Origin: Pelomyxa schiedti
Lineage: Eukaryota; Protista; Evosea
Direction: 5' to 3'
DNA: 64,000 nt
Assembly (NCBI GenBank): GCA_020536535.1
Contig: JAHLWZ010000714.1
Coordinates: forward strand, 1-64,000
In this document: piece after piece, positions 23,289 through 35,219 of the stretch
Position numbering within the stretch: the stretch's first letter is position 1
How the letters are laid out: each line of letters begins with the position of its first letter
Notes under the pieces: model-generated
The model's database searches: none
Seen by the model: only the letters and a program-made list of their open reading frames with translations
Told to the model about the DNA's origin: nothing
Position numbers and translations under genes: made by a program

Positions 23289-25589
23289 CTAGGGAAGAGC
23301 TTTCGCTTTCCAATTCACTCTCCTCCCTTGGTTCTTTTGCTGCAGTCCAGTTAGGTTATTATTAATTTCCTGGTTTTGGTGTAACGTACGAGGCCGAGGT
23401 GCATAGCCAAAAATCAAAAGTCCCACATACGAGTTGTAAAGGGTATAAAAGAGTACAAGACCAACAGCTGGGTAGCTGAGATTAGCAGTTTGAAAGAAGA
23501 TAGCAGGATAACCTGTGCTTCCTAAGGCTACAAACGTTCCAGTAAATATACTGGCTATGGAGAAACATAGTACAACAAATGTGGGAAGAACCAAGTAAAG
23601 ATATCTGTTTAATTCAGATTTACTTCGTTTCGGTGGAAAAAGAAAACCTTTTAAGGAGAAGCATATTGTGACGCAGGTCTTTAATGGAAATGATTGATAC
23701 AACTCCCAGCCATAGAACAATTCCGAAAAAAAGTATGATTGTTATCACAAAGAGGACCTGAAGATACATAACAGATAGTCAAAACAGTATATCATCTACC
23801 ATTACACCAGCAATATCAAAGGAAATTCCATAAACGGGATCATTTTCAGCAGCTACTCTAGAATGAAAAGCTTAGTGGGCTAATGTGGAGTTGGTGCTAC
23901 ATTTGCCAAATGTACATTCCCAGTCCAGATGCCAGGAAACACAGAACGAGTCCAATCTACTTCCCAAGTAAGGTTGGCCATCGCAAATATGTTATAAAAC
24001 ACCTTTATTGCTGGCCCAAGGCCGAAATCAAGGCTCACCTCTGATTTCTAAAATTGCGTGAAAGAGGAAGGTGACTATTATAGGTTAACTTGCTTTACTC
24101 TATCGCAGCAAAAAAGCCAGAAGAGGCACAGAAGAGATAAAAATGACTAGATAACTCGTGAGTGAAAGCTATGAATTAGAACACAGAAAGTGTACTATTT
24201 TCACAAAGGCGTTCCAAAAAGTAAAAACATTTTTGGTGGGAAACCACTTGAGGGTATAAAAAGGATCTGAGTGATGTGAATTCATTCAAGGACAAATGTT
24301 AATGTACTGTTGTAGAATATCAGGCCAAATTGAAGAATAACAATGAATCTTGCCATGTTTATTTATTAGAAGACTGAAACCTTCATTTACTTTATTCTAT
24401 ATTTGAAATAAGTTGCTACTTCTGTTCTAATGTCCATAGTCTCAGAGGAACAGACCGAATGACAAAAATAAGAACAGTAAAAACAATGCAGGAGCCAGCA
24501 ATGAAAAATATGGTGATAGATATCTCAAAGTCACTGAAAGTTGTAGTCCCTGTTTTAAACTAAAAAAATCCACAATCGTCTGAGTATCTATGGGGAAGAA
24601 ACCTCAAACTTCACATCTCCAAGGAAGGAAGCTTCTGACTTATCCGCATCAGGGAGCTGGACACTCACAGCCCAAGAAGGGTGTTCAATTGGAGACTAAG
24701 AACAGGTTGTGTAAGAGTCAAATAGAGTTGAAGCAAATAAAAAAACCTTGAATATAAGAAGGATGGGTAGGCATTCCCCATCTATACTGCCCTAATGGTG
24801 AAAAGTCACTTCAGGGAACTCGCTTTCTTTAGAGAAGGCAAGATAATGCTACAAACTGATTCATATTTGACTGTACATTCGTGAACATCGTTCTGCACTT
24901 CAGTAGACCAACTGGTACCATCTCGAGAATACGACATGTTCAAAGACACTTGAATGTTAACAGTCCGGTCCCTCCCTAGAAAAAAGATGTGCAATTTCGA
25001 TAGAGGTGAGAAAATTACCATCACTGTAGAATTTGTTATAAGCCGTCAGGCTAAGACTCCAAAATCTGTTTAGAGTCTCCAACTGAGTAAAGTTCTGATT
25101 CCACACTGTGTTTGGCTGTGATTTTACGTTAAAGCATTGAAGGAGAAAGTTTTGGGTCACCTCCGTTAAGTCAACTCCAACACAATCATTAGACCATACG
25201 TGTGAACCATCAGGACACCCGTAGGCATACCACACTGTACTCTCAAAAGGCGTAGGGCCTAGCCAATAGTTAAATAACCAAACTGCAACCAAACCAACGA
25301 GAGCAACATAGAACCAAACCAATAAAAAAAAAAAAAACGAAGATAACAAGAAACGGCTAGAAATACCAAGTAAGCCAAGTAGCATTGCCGCAGTGAGGCC
25401 GCACGCCCAACACAAAGCGGCAGCGAGCAGAGTGCGAACTTTGTATTTGTCCAATCTCAACCGCACCGAGAAATCTTCCCCAACGTCAAGATCTGGATCT
25501 CCTCCTTCCGTGGACACCACACTGTCGTCATTCGCGGTCTGTCGCTGTTGGTTGTGCCAGCCCGGCTTCCAGCTCCATGATTGTCCCAT
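23289..25589 (-). CDS. TMEM181: TMEM181/Wntless-like multi-pass membrane protein
   Basis: RLRLDK..LLGLLGP, FSDFEI..LRLWTLEQK..VSVLL, SFLSLLCLFWLF, ENDPVY, LFYTLYNSYVGLLIFGYAP follow the TMEM181 motif order. Confidence 0.7.
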
Positions 25590-25911
25590 TCCGCGATTTT
25601 CTTTTTCGAACGATTTCTGCACGTAAGATTCTTAGATGCTCTCCCGATCGCCAGATAAAATTGAAAAATATTCTTCTTGTTGTTTTGTTCCCACAATGAG
25701 AGGGTGCTAGGGTACGAGGGTCAACGAAACAGCACCTTGTTGCGTGTGTTTGGCCTGGAACCCACAGTATAAATGGGTTGATGCTTGTGTGGGCTGTTGT
25801 AAGTCATTCTTGCTAGCAGTCGTAGGATTGGTTGGTGAGTCCCGTTTTTTTTTTTTTGCTGTTGGTGTTGCCGGTGTTGCTTTGTGGTGGTATTGGAGAC
25901 TGCATTGAGCG

Positions 25912-25978
25912 CCTTGGTATCAACAACTCCCAAATTGCACTTGTGCGTTTCACTGGAAGCCGTATCACATCATCAAGG
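25912..25978 (-). promoter_or_regulatory. SECIS element (type II) in the 3'UTR
   Basis: CCUUG-augau-GUGAU-ACGGCUUCCAG-ug-AAA-c-GCAC-aa-GUGC-aau-UUGGGAGUUGU-UGAU-ac-CAAGG: helix I, UGAN/NGAN quartet, 11-bp helix II, apical AAA and mini-stem. Confidence 0.85.
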
Positions 25979-26093
25979 TGCTACTGTGTGCATTCTACAA
26001 CAGGGCACTGTGCAGGAAAGATATTTACAGGTTCCTTGTGTATTGTTACTTGGTGGGAAGGAAAGTGTTCCTTGTAGTACCTGCACTACTGGT

Positions 26094-26841
26094 CTAAGAT
26101 CAGGTTCCTGTTCTCTTAATCCTCGCAGGGCGGTACCTGCTAAATTGTCAAACTCGGACTGTTTCTCTAAGAGGTGCTTACCTCCCGGTATCAGAAAATC
26201 CTGACAGATGCCCAGTCGTCCCACAAGATTCATTGTTATGGGTGTCTTGCGAACTAGGGTGAGTACTTTGGCTGCCATTGTTATTCCCACTCTGCCCATC
26301 AGTACTATCCCAAGGAGTATTGTGCCAGGCTGGCGCCGTATCACGGAGAGACGCCTCCAGTTTTGCTAGTTTCTTCTCCCTTTCACGAGCAGCGGATTCT
26401 TCTGCCGCTTCTATGGATTTGGTTGCAAATTGTTCCTGCTGTCGTGACCTTATTTCTTCAACTTCTTCCCGCGGTGGTAAAGGAGGCTCGTCTGTGCTAG
26501 CGGTCGTCTGCCTGGGTTTGTTCAAAGCCTCCATAATATCGACTCTGTTCCTCTGTCTTCATTCTCATTACTATTACCATTGGAAAAGGTGACAACACAG
26601 TAATGGCGAAAACTTGACAAAAGAAAAAAAAAAAAAAAAAAAACAAGTACGTTCTACGTTGCCACCATGCCGTCCTCGAAAGCACGTAAGCGAGCATGGC
26701 ACCCCCGAGAAACAAACCCCAAAACACTATGGGCTTTTTTACGTGCAACATCACGAACACCCCAAGTGCTTGTCGCACCGGATCTAGTCCCACCTGTACG
26801 TCATCACCCACTCCCGGCTCCCCGCCTCCCCTGCCACTCAT
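26094..26841 (-). CDS. SELENOS: Selenoprotein S-like protein (Sec penultimate)
   Basis: 3 exons encoding an N-terminal TM (PIVFWGLFLGGAMLAYVL), a coiled coil (EEIRSRQQEQF..EREKKLAKLE) and a disordered tail. After the 45-nt intron (26181-26137) it reads RYRPARIKRTGT-UGA(26102-26100)-S-UAG. SECIS lies downstream. Confidence 0.8.
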
Positions 26842-27054
26842 CCTCGGTTTTTTTTTTGTTTGTGTTGTGGAGGTTTCCCAGTGTCATCACAAACCTTGTC
26901 AGAGTCTGACAGGGGTCCTGGGATTCCCCAGAAAATGCGCCACCCCAATTTGTTGGCACCTTCACCGCGGGTCCAGGTGAGATCCAGATGATGTCTCCCT
27001 TGTTGATCGTTTTTTTGCGAAACGGCAATTGACTTTTAAAAACCATCGGGGGCG

Positions 27055-29879
27055 ATGAGCGTCGTGACCATTAAATTAACCGGTTTTTTTTTTACCCCTC
27101 TCATCATTGCACTTGTGTTTGTGCTCACGTTGGAAAAAACAAGTTTTGGAAGCACGGGACTTGCCTCCAAGATCAGCTGGTACAATTGCAATTGATTGTA
27201 TTTTTATGTTAAATTAAAATTTTGGTGCATGCACCAAAGGGAGAAACAACCTTATTGCTTATTTTAGAGTAGATAAGTAATGATAAATGCTAAACTAGAG
27301 TTAATCAGGGGCACCTTCCCCACTGAGTCCCTATTGCATTATTGAAGCTGGATCAACAAGAAGCAAAAGTAAAGTAAAGAGCAAAACTCAGACTCCCGTT
27401 TGGAATGAAACATTGTGAGTAAAAGTTCCCTTTTCTCCTTCTTTATGTTGAATGTGGGTGAGATATTGATGTCTTTCATCTAGTTTGTTAAATCAGTTTA
27501 CCCAACGGAACACAGTGATTACTGTGTATGACGATGCCTGTCGTATGCCCATACAAGCTTAGAATGCTTACTAACTAAGAAAAACCAAAGAAAACAAGAC
27601 AGATTACGTTGGAAAGCATTTTGTAGACCTTAGTGTGAGTTAACAGTGTCCTTAGTTTGTCTCTCACCAGTGACATTAATAGACAATAAAAGTTGCCACT
27701 GACAGCTGGTTTAGACTACAACCCAAAACAGAGGGAACCAACGTGGTACGATACAGACACGTCCACTTTTTCCCCCACAATTCCTTTAGGGAGAAATTCA
27801 CCTTCGCTTTGACATATCAGTGAAGGATGCAAAAATTCCACAAGCAGTGGTATTTCTCGCCCAAAACACGTGCACCTTTCTCACTTCCACTTTTCTCAGT
27901 TGAATGAAATGAAAGAAAGGCTTGCTAAGTGCCAGGCTTCAGGGAGCAAACAGTTGGATTTAAGCAGCTGTTACCTTCCAATGCTTCCAAAACTGCTGTC
28001 TCAAAGTTTCTCTTTCCTCGTTAAGTTGGATCTGTCTTTCAATTCTCTGAGGTGGAATACCTTTTTAAATAAGTTTTAGCCTTATTTTTACTATTTAGTA
28101 CCGTGCCGGACTTCTCTGCTTTTACCGCGCTTCAAGAACTTGAACTACGAGGAAATCAACTCCGTGAACTTAATGATACAATAGGAACTTGCCCATCCCT
28201 AAGGATTTTGAGTGCCAGTGGTAACGGAATGGAAATCGTTAATGTATCATTAGTTCAAAGGTAAACGATTTAACCTCTGCTGCACAGGGTGCCATTGGGA
28301 AGCTAGTTAATCTCGAAAAGCTTGAACTTGCCAATAACCAAGTAATTTCTCTTTTAATTAAGTGAATTGGGTTATAATTGGGTTTTCCAGATTATTGCTC
28401 TGCCACCAGAAATTGGACGTCTCCGCCTTCTTACAGAGCTACTTTTGACAGGGAACCCACTTGTTGTTGTTCCCCCTTCAATAGGTGGCCTTGCAAATCT
28501 GGAGGTTTGTCCTCATGAATAACTTGGCTCACTTTTCAAGCAAGTATATAGGTAATTGATTTGAGTTGCTGTAATTTGGAAAGATTGCCTGAAGAATTCA
28601 CCTTAATGTCCAAGTACGAATTTCATGAATGACTGGCTTTGATTAAAAAATAACTCAATTATAGACTCTTGGATTGCAACCTTGGTGCTAATAAGGTACT
28701 GACAATTCCTTCGTGTGTTATTATTGAATATATCAGTTGCACCAACTACCAGCTGGAATGGGACGATTGACTCACTTAGCCAAACTGAACCTCATGGATA
28801 ACCAACTGACAGATTTACCTCTATCTATTGGGTAAAACCTCAAAATGCAAATAATTACTAACACAGACAGGTACTGCAAGGGGCTTGGTGAAATTGGCTC
28901 TGGAATTCAGGTTGCCAGAAACCCCCTTCAGGATCCCGTCATGGTTGAGAGAGCAATTATAGGAGCAGATCACCTTCTTGAATATCTTGAGAGGAAACTT
29001 GCAAGTACAGTGTGATATTCTCTCCCTTGTGTATCCTAAATTGCGACGTACAGTGGCAAACTATCCGTCACTCGATCCTCTACCTTTGAACGTAGACTTC
29101 GGGGAAGGCCCTCCTGTCAGCACAGCTTCGTCTGTTGCCACTCCAACAACAACAACAACAACAACAACCCCAACAGCACAATCCCCAGCACCACAATCTA
29201 CCGCTGCTGTGACAGCGAGCCCATATGCTGATATAGTTGTGGATACACAGCTCATCCAAAAGGTTATCTCTCAAAGCATTCCAAACACTCATCTCAAACC
29301 CGAACCAGGTGAATGCTTTAAAGAAATGGGCAGTCCAAATAAGCAGTAATGATCTCATTCGGAGACTGGCTGTACTTAGGTTCTAGATGCGATTAATTAT
29401 TCCTGAACTGACATTCTGGCAGAAACGAGACCAGGGCAGCTTCGGATTTATCTGAACTTGTTCCGATAGGAAATCGCATCAAGTATCTTAATAAAGTAAG
29501 AACTTCCCAGATCAGAGTTAGGCACCAGTCTCACTGAAAGCAGGAGCTGGCCAAAATTAAACAAAGTGTGCCATTTGTGGATGTGAAGCCCCCAATGCTC
29601 TTCTACAACGAGGAAAATTTAGTGGAAAACCTGAGGTAACTTTTTATTACAGCATCTAGCTCGTTTATTTTTTTGTTTCACTAATCATAGGATTCTCACC
29701 ATGGAAGCATTGAATCAAATTGATAACGCACTCCGGGCCATTACAGCCTCAGTCCCCGATTTCCAGCCCCCACAGGATGTACAAAAGCTCTTTGGAATTG
29801 TCCAAGTACGTTCCCCTTCTCACATCTACAACTAATACCACTACAGATACTGAATGACTTGAAAAAAGTATTGATGTAA
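27055..29879 (+). CDS. C2-domain plus leucine-rich-repeat protein
   Basis: C2: VLEARDL, SPYCII, PVWNETL, ITVYDD, DDYVGK, WFRLQ, GEIHL. LRRs: LDLSSCYL, LDLSFNSL, LELRGNQL, LELANNQI, LNLMDNQL. Confidence 0.85.
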
Positions 29880-30972
29880 AAAAAAGCTTTATAGTACAAC
29901 AGGAAAAACAGGAACATGTTCAAGTTTGTTTGAGCTTAAAAAAAAGAATTGTTCCACGTTGTTTGTTGTACAAGGTTCTATTGACTAAGGCAGTTTTAGT
30001 GTGCAAAAGGGTCTGTGTGGGATTGTAAGAATGGTGGTTGCATTGGGATAAGGGCTCCTCGGGACTGGGGTTCCGCGGCGATTCTGAGGCGATATTCTAT
30101 TTTGGCGTCAGAGTTGTTAAATTGACTTCTTTTCAACTTACCTGGCTGTTGATAGACAATCTTATACAGTAGACAGTCATAATCTCCTTAGTGATCTCAC
30201 TACATTGTGAACTTGATATCTATCGTCTCTAGAAACCGATTATTATAGGCTTTGGAACAATGAGAATGTCGGTCGGATTCGGAAGTCGAATTGAAAGTGA
30301 CCAGTTAAACTCGCTAGTAAAAACTGTGCACATGTTAGAGACTGCTCAAGAGGGACCAGGCTGTGTTCGTATCCAATTCTTCTACCCCGGTCCTCTCTGT
30401 GTTTAGTTGGTATAAATTAGAACCCAGTTGGCTTCATTACATTTTCTCCAAAATCACAGTGTATCATCTTCATTTTTGAACCAGTGGTGTAACATTTTTA
30501 CATTTTGAACCTATTGAATTAAATGCAGACAAGTGGACTTACTTGGTCTTGTTGCTGCTTATAATCCCTACCACCGGGATAAAGAGTGTTTACTGCTGAA
30601 TTGTTGTTCAAACAAGTCCAGAGAGCATATTGGATTATTTCTATAGTTCACCGATGAGGCAGATCAAAATCAAGATGGAGCTGAGTGAAACTCGGGTGGG
30701 AGCCAATTGTGTCAGTCCAGATAAATCCCTATGAGTGCCAAAGCGGAGCTTCGGTGACCGAGCCCCATGCAAAAGGGTAAAAGATGAGGGAGAGATGTAT
30801 CGCCGCGCACGCCCCACGGCCCATCCGCTGTGCACAGGATCGATACTGCACACAACATGGGGGGCGTGCGAGGCGACCACCCACACGTTGGCCGGATTAA
30901 CTACACCGAGCACGGCGGCTAGGCTGGCGCCGCCACACACCCCCAAACGCCCAGCCACTGTCCACAGGATCG

Positions 30973-31983
30973 ATGCTGCACACAAAATGGCGGGTGTGTC
31001 GGGCGAGTGGAACGGGCGCCACTGCGGAGACCAAAACACCCCCAGTGAATTGGGAACTCAATGTTCCTTTGTCCGAACTTGTGGTTCCCCTGGATCGCAT
31101 CGTCTACACTAGAACGAGTGCTTCGAGTCTGAGGCCCAGTACAAACTTTCGAGGAAGAGAACAACTTGGATGTCCATCATCAACGAATGTGTGTTGTGCA
31201 CCCCCTCGTCGCTGCTTCCATCTGCTCACTTTTGGCTAAAAAGACATCGTTTTGGCTGGTGCGTGGGATGCTACCCTCCACAACCTCAAAAAATGGGGTA
31301 TAACCCACATTCTCAATGTAAAAGGTATGTCGACCACTTTGTATTTTTTTCTTTGACACCTGTTTCTTTAGGGGGTTCTTACTGGCACACGCCTGGCCTC
31401 ACAGAAGCCATTATCCCTATTTCCGATTTTGGAACTGACACACTCACACCTATACTAGACAAGTGCTTTTCGTTCATTAGTGCACTCCCTCCTCTCCACT
31501 TCTCACATGTAACTAATTCACACACAAATAATTACATTACTGACACCACAAAATCCACGGCTCCAAACTAACCAACAACACAACCAAACACAAAGACGAA
31601 GCTCGAAACTCACACGGCCGAGTTCTCGTCCACTGCTCTCTTGGTGTGAATCGCAGCCCCACTGTTGTCATCGCGTATCTGATGTGCCACTGTGGGATGA
31701 CCCTCCAGCAGGCATACACCCACGTCTTGGGCAAAAGAAACGCCATATCACCCCACGAGCTATACTTCATTCAGCTGCAGCAGCTAGATGAGAGGCTGTA
31801 TGGCCGGGTGAGCTTCACTGAGAAGGACAGAAACGGCTCTTTGCAGGAGTACATGAGGTCACTTCGCGTCCAGCAAACGGCTCAGAACTCAACAGCGTCG
31901 GTGTGTACTACCTGCCACTATTTGTTTCTTCTCCTCTGACTTTTGCTAATTTCTTAAAGGCACCAAGTGACAATTCCTCTTGA
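30973..31983 (+). CDS. Atypical dual-specificity protein phosphatase (start approximate)
   Basis: LKKWGITHILNV, IPISD, GRVLVHCSLGVNRSPTVVIAYLM (CX5R), KRNAISP..QL. Confidence 0.88.
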
Positions 31984-32104
31984 TTTTCGCTCGCTGGGTA
32001 TACCAACCAAAGGAAGAAGAAAAGAGATTTAATGTGACAACACCAAAAGTTTTTTTTTTGGGGGGTGGTGAGTTACTTTACCACCAATTTATAAATCCAT
32101 TCTT

Positions 32105-34256
32105 TTACAATGCACAAACCTTTTTCGGAGTTAGGGTAATTTTGTACAATAGGGAATAGGGTACCAGGCTTGATGCAACCATGTTGACACTCTGACCAGT
32201 CTCCTTTGTCTTGGTGGTCTCCTTCACAGTCGTGCCCTCAGGTTTTTTGGTATCTCCTGAGCCATCCTCAGGTTCACATTCATATGCACAGTTGAAGTCA
32301 TAATCGTATTCATAATCATAGTCATCCCCGAAAAGCTCCATTCTCTGCTTTGCTTCCCTCCAAGCAGCAGCAGCCTCCAATACAGCTGCACGTGCACGTT
32401 GAAGGTCTTCAACAGTCTGAACATCATCAAAGAAATGGAGGGTTCGGCGCCATTTTCTCACTTGTCCATCCCAGCTTCTCTGTGGTACAAATGGTGGGTT
32501 AAATGTGAAATTGAGACCTCCCGTTTCTCAACCTTGGAGCATTTCTGGAATTTGTTTGGAATAACTGGGTCACCACGCTGTGTTCTTGTTGCAAGTCTGG
32601 TGTAGTTTTGGTATCCCACAGTTTCAATACCATAGTCAATTTGTTTCTGTCTAGCAGCCAGCCTGGCTTCATCCGTTTCTATTGAAGGTGAGAGGGGTTC
32701 CGAGAAAATTTGAAAGGATACCAACGCCAGGTGATATCACTGGGTTTCCAAACAAAAACACTCCAGATCGCACAGGTGTGTTACTGCCAAGAATTGGGTG
32801 CTCCTTTGTTGGAGGAGTCATAAAGAGCACGGGGAGTGCAGTAGGTTGTGAAGGGGACTTAGGGGTCGGCGGTACAAAAGGTATTATTGGAGATAGTGGT
32901 GCCATTGGAATTGGTGAGCATAACGGCCCACCACTAAACGATGTGTGGTTGACCGGAGTCCGGAACCCTGGGGTCAAAACGGGAAGTATTGGCAGGGATT
33001 TCGAGAGAAGAGGAACGTTATTCGCTGCTTCAATCTAATGAAGATGTTTAGCAAACCAAATGTCTGGCAAAATAACATACCATAGCAGAGATTTCTTGCA
33101 GCACTTGTCGATTGAGGCCTGGTGGAGCAAACTGGTGGTTCTAAGAAAGTATGTCAGTTCTATGAAAAAGAATTTATCAATTTTTACACACAGCTCTCAG
33201 GGAAAGCAAAAATGATCTCTCGTACACAAGACGTGCTTTGTCATTCTCAGAATCTCTCTCATGAACACTTGCAGGACAAAGCACTGTCTTGATGGGAGTG
33301 AACTCAGGAGTCGAGGGATTGAAAGGCTTTGCTGTTGGTCCGTCTGCTTGCTTAGCAGTACAATCAGAGACAAGGTTAGTCTCTTGTGCAGAGTCACCCA
33401 CAGAGGATTCCTCCAACTTCTTCATTTTAGATTGGAAGCTCTCTGACTGAATGGTCGGCGAAAAACTTCTTCCGCTCCAGGAAGAATTCCACGATTCTGT
33501 CCCAACTGGGGTTGTAGACATCGAAGTATTAGGTCTCGCTTTGAGAGGTGTCGAGACAGGTGTCGGCAATAGTGAGATCTTGGGCACGCCACAGTTGATA
33601 GAATCCGATCTCGTAGCGGCGACGCCGGGCAAAGCCGGATCCGCGTTCTCGTCAATTGCAGTCGGCTTTGGGGTCACAGAGGAGAGGAGACAAGCGCCTT
33701 TTGCGCTGCCATTGTTGAGATATGTCATCGTAGTAGTAGTCGTAGTCGTAGTAGTAATCGTCTTCGTAGGCGTGGCATCAGTGTTGCAAGATTTTCTTGT
33801 GATTGAGATCACAGTCGGTGAGGAGGAGGAAGAGGGCGAAGGAGAGGGCAAGCTAATATTAGCTCCCTGAGCAGTTGCATGTCCGGGGAATTGAGATGCC
33901 AGTGCCACAGGCGCCGACGTCGGGGTGTTGCTATTATTAGTACGGCCTTTATTATTTGTTGCTGAGGCGGTGGCATTTGACACCATTTGCGTGCCTGAGA
34001 TCTTGGATGAAGACGATGCCAGAGACGGCTTGCGGATCTGCACAGTGTCATTTACGAAGGCGGAAGGAGTGCCTGTTGCCGTTGCTACTGCCGCTACCGC
34101 TGCTGTTGTTCCTGTTGCACTATTAATAATACTGGCTGGCAGTGCTGGTATTGTCACGACTGGCTTTGTCGTCGCCGACTTGAGCGGCAGATCCGCGGCC
34201 CCTTTCCTCTTGTTGACGTTGCTGGAGAGAACGCCCAGTGCTACGCGAGAAGTCAT
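32105..34256 (-). CDS. SLBP: Histone mRNA stem-loop binding protein with extended N-terminus
   Basis: ETDEARLAARQKQIDYG..GYQNY..DPVIPNKFQKCSK|RSWDGQVRKWRRTLHFFD is the SLBP RNA-binding domain. Confidence 0.88.
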
Positions 34257-35219
34257 TTCCGCGAGTCAGAGACGTACGTTTCGTTGCCTGCTGCGTGTGT
34301 TGGGTGTGTCGGTTTATGTGCCGCACTCGAGTGCTTGTTGGTTTGCTGGTGTTGGTACCAACCAAGCCTTGTGTGGGGGTGCGCGCGTGGTTTGCGTTTG
34401 TTGTTGGTGTTGCTCCTGCTAATTAGAAAAAGAAAAAAAAAAGGAAGCAGATTCGGCCATTATAAAGCTCGTCGGGGCTTTCTATTTTTTGGACTTTTGA
34501 CTGTTGTGAATTCTACCTCACCAAAAAGTGCCGGAAATACATGCGGACCGAGATACGGCCCCTGGTTCCCTCAGTCTGGTCACGTTTTTCCCTATGACAC
34601 AAAAGTGAAGATGCCCACTCTCCGTAGGGATTTCGCCTTCCACTTTTCTGTGATGAGAGACTGAGCCCCTAAGTAACTGTTGCACGGTTCATTGTCCTGG
34701 TTGGGGGAACCCGATTTTCAAAAATAATTCTTGGGAAGAAAAAGCCTCCTTACAAGTGCCTGAGGGGGACGTCGAGAATCTGTGGGATGAATCAACAATA
34801 TGTTTGCTCGTTCCGACAACGCTGTCTGGTGACTGAACCTCAACAGCAAATTTTTTCCAGCCTGTCTAAAAGAGGGAAACCTGCAACTCACCTGCTCCTA
34901 CTGGCTTTTTCCTTCTTTCATCACTGTTGGGATGGAAAGGAAGATGTTGGGGTCCTCCTCCTCCTTGACCCTGTCAATAGTTTTGTTATTCGGCTCACAG
35001 CCTTCTCATCCTGTATTCGGATTCCTTCTTTGGCAAAGGTGGATCTAACTTGAGCGAGGAAAACTGCTAAATCTGAAACCCTTATCTGTGCATCTTTGTT
35101 ACAATGCTCAGGAAGGCGGTACAAAGGCTAGAACACCTCAAAAACAAAAAACAAACCAAAAAATAAAGTAAACAACAAACCAACCTTAATTTATTGTGGC
35201 AGGCAGACGAGCGAACGAA

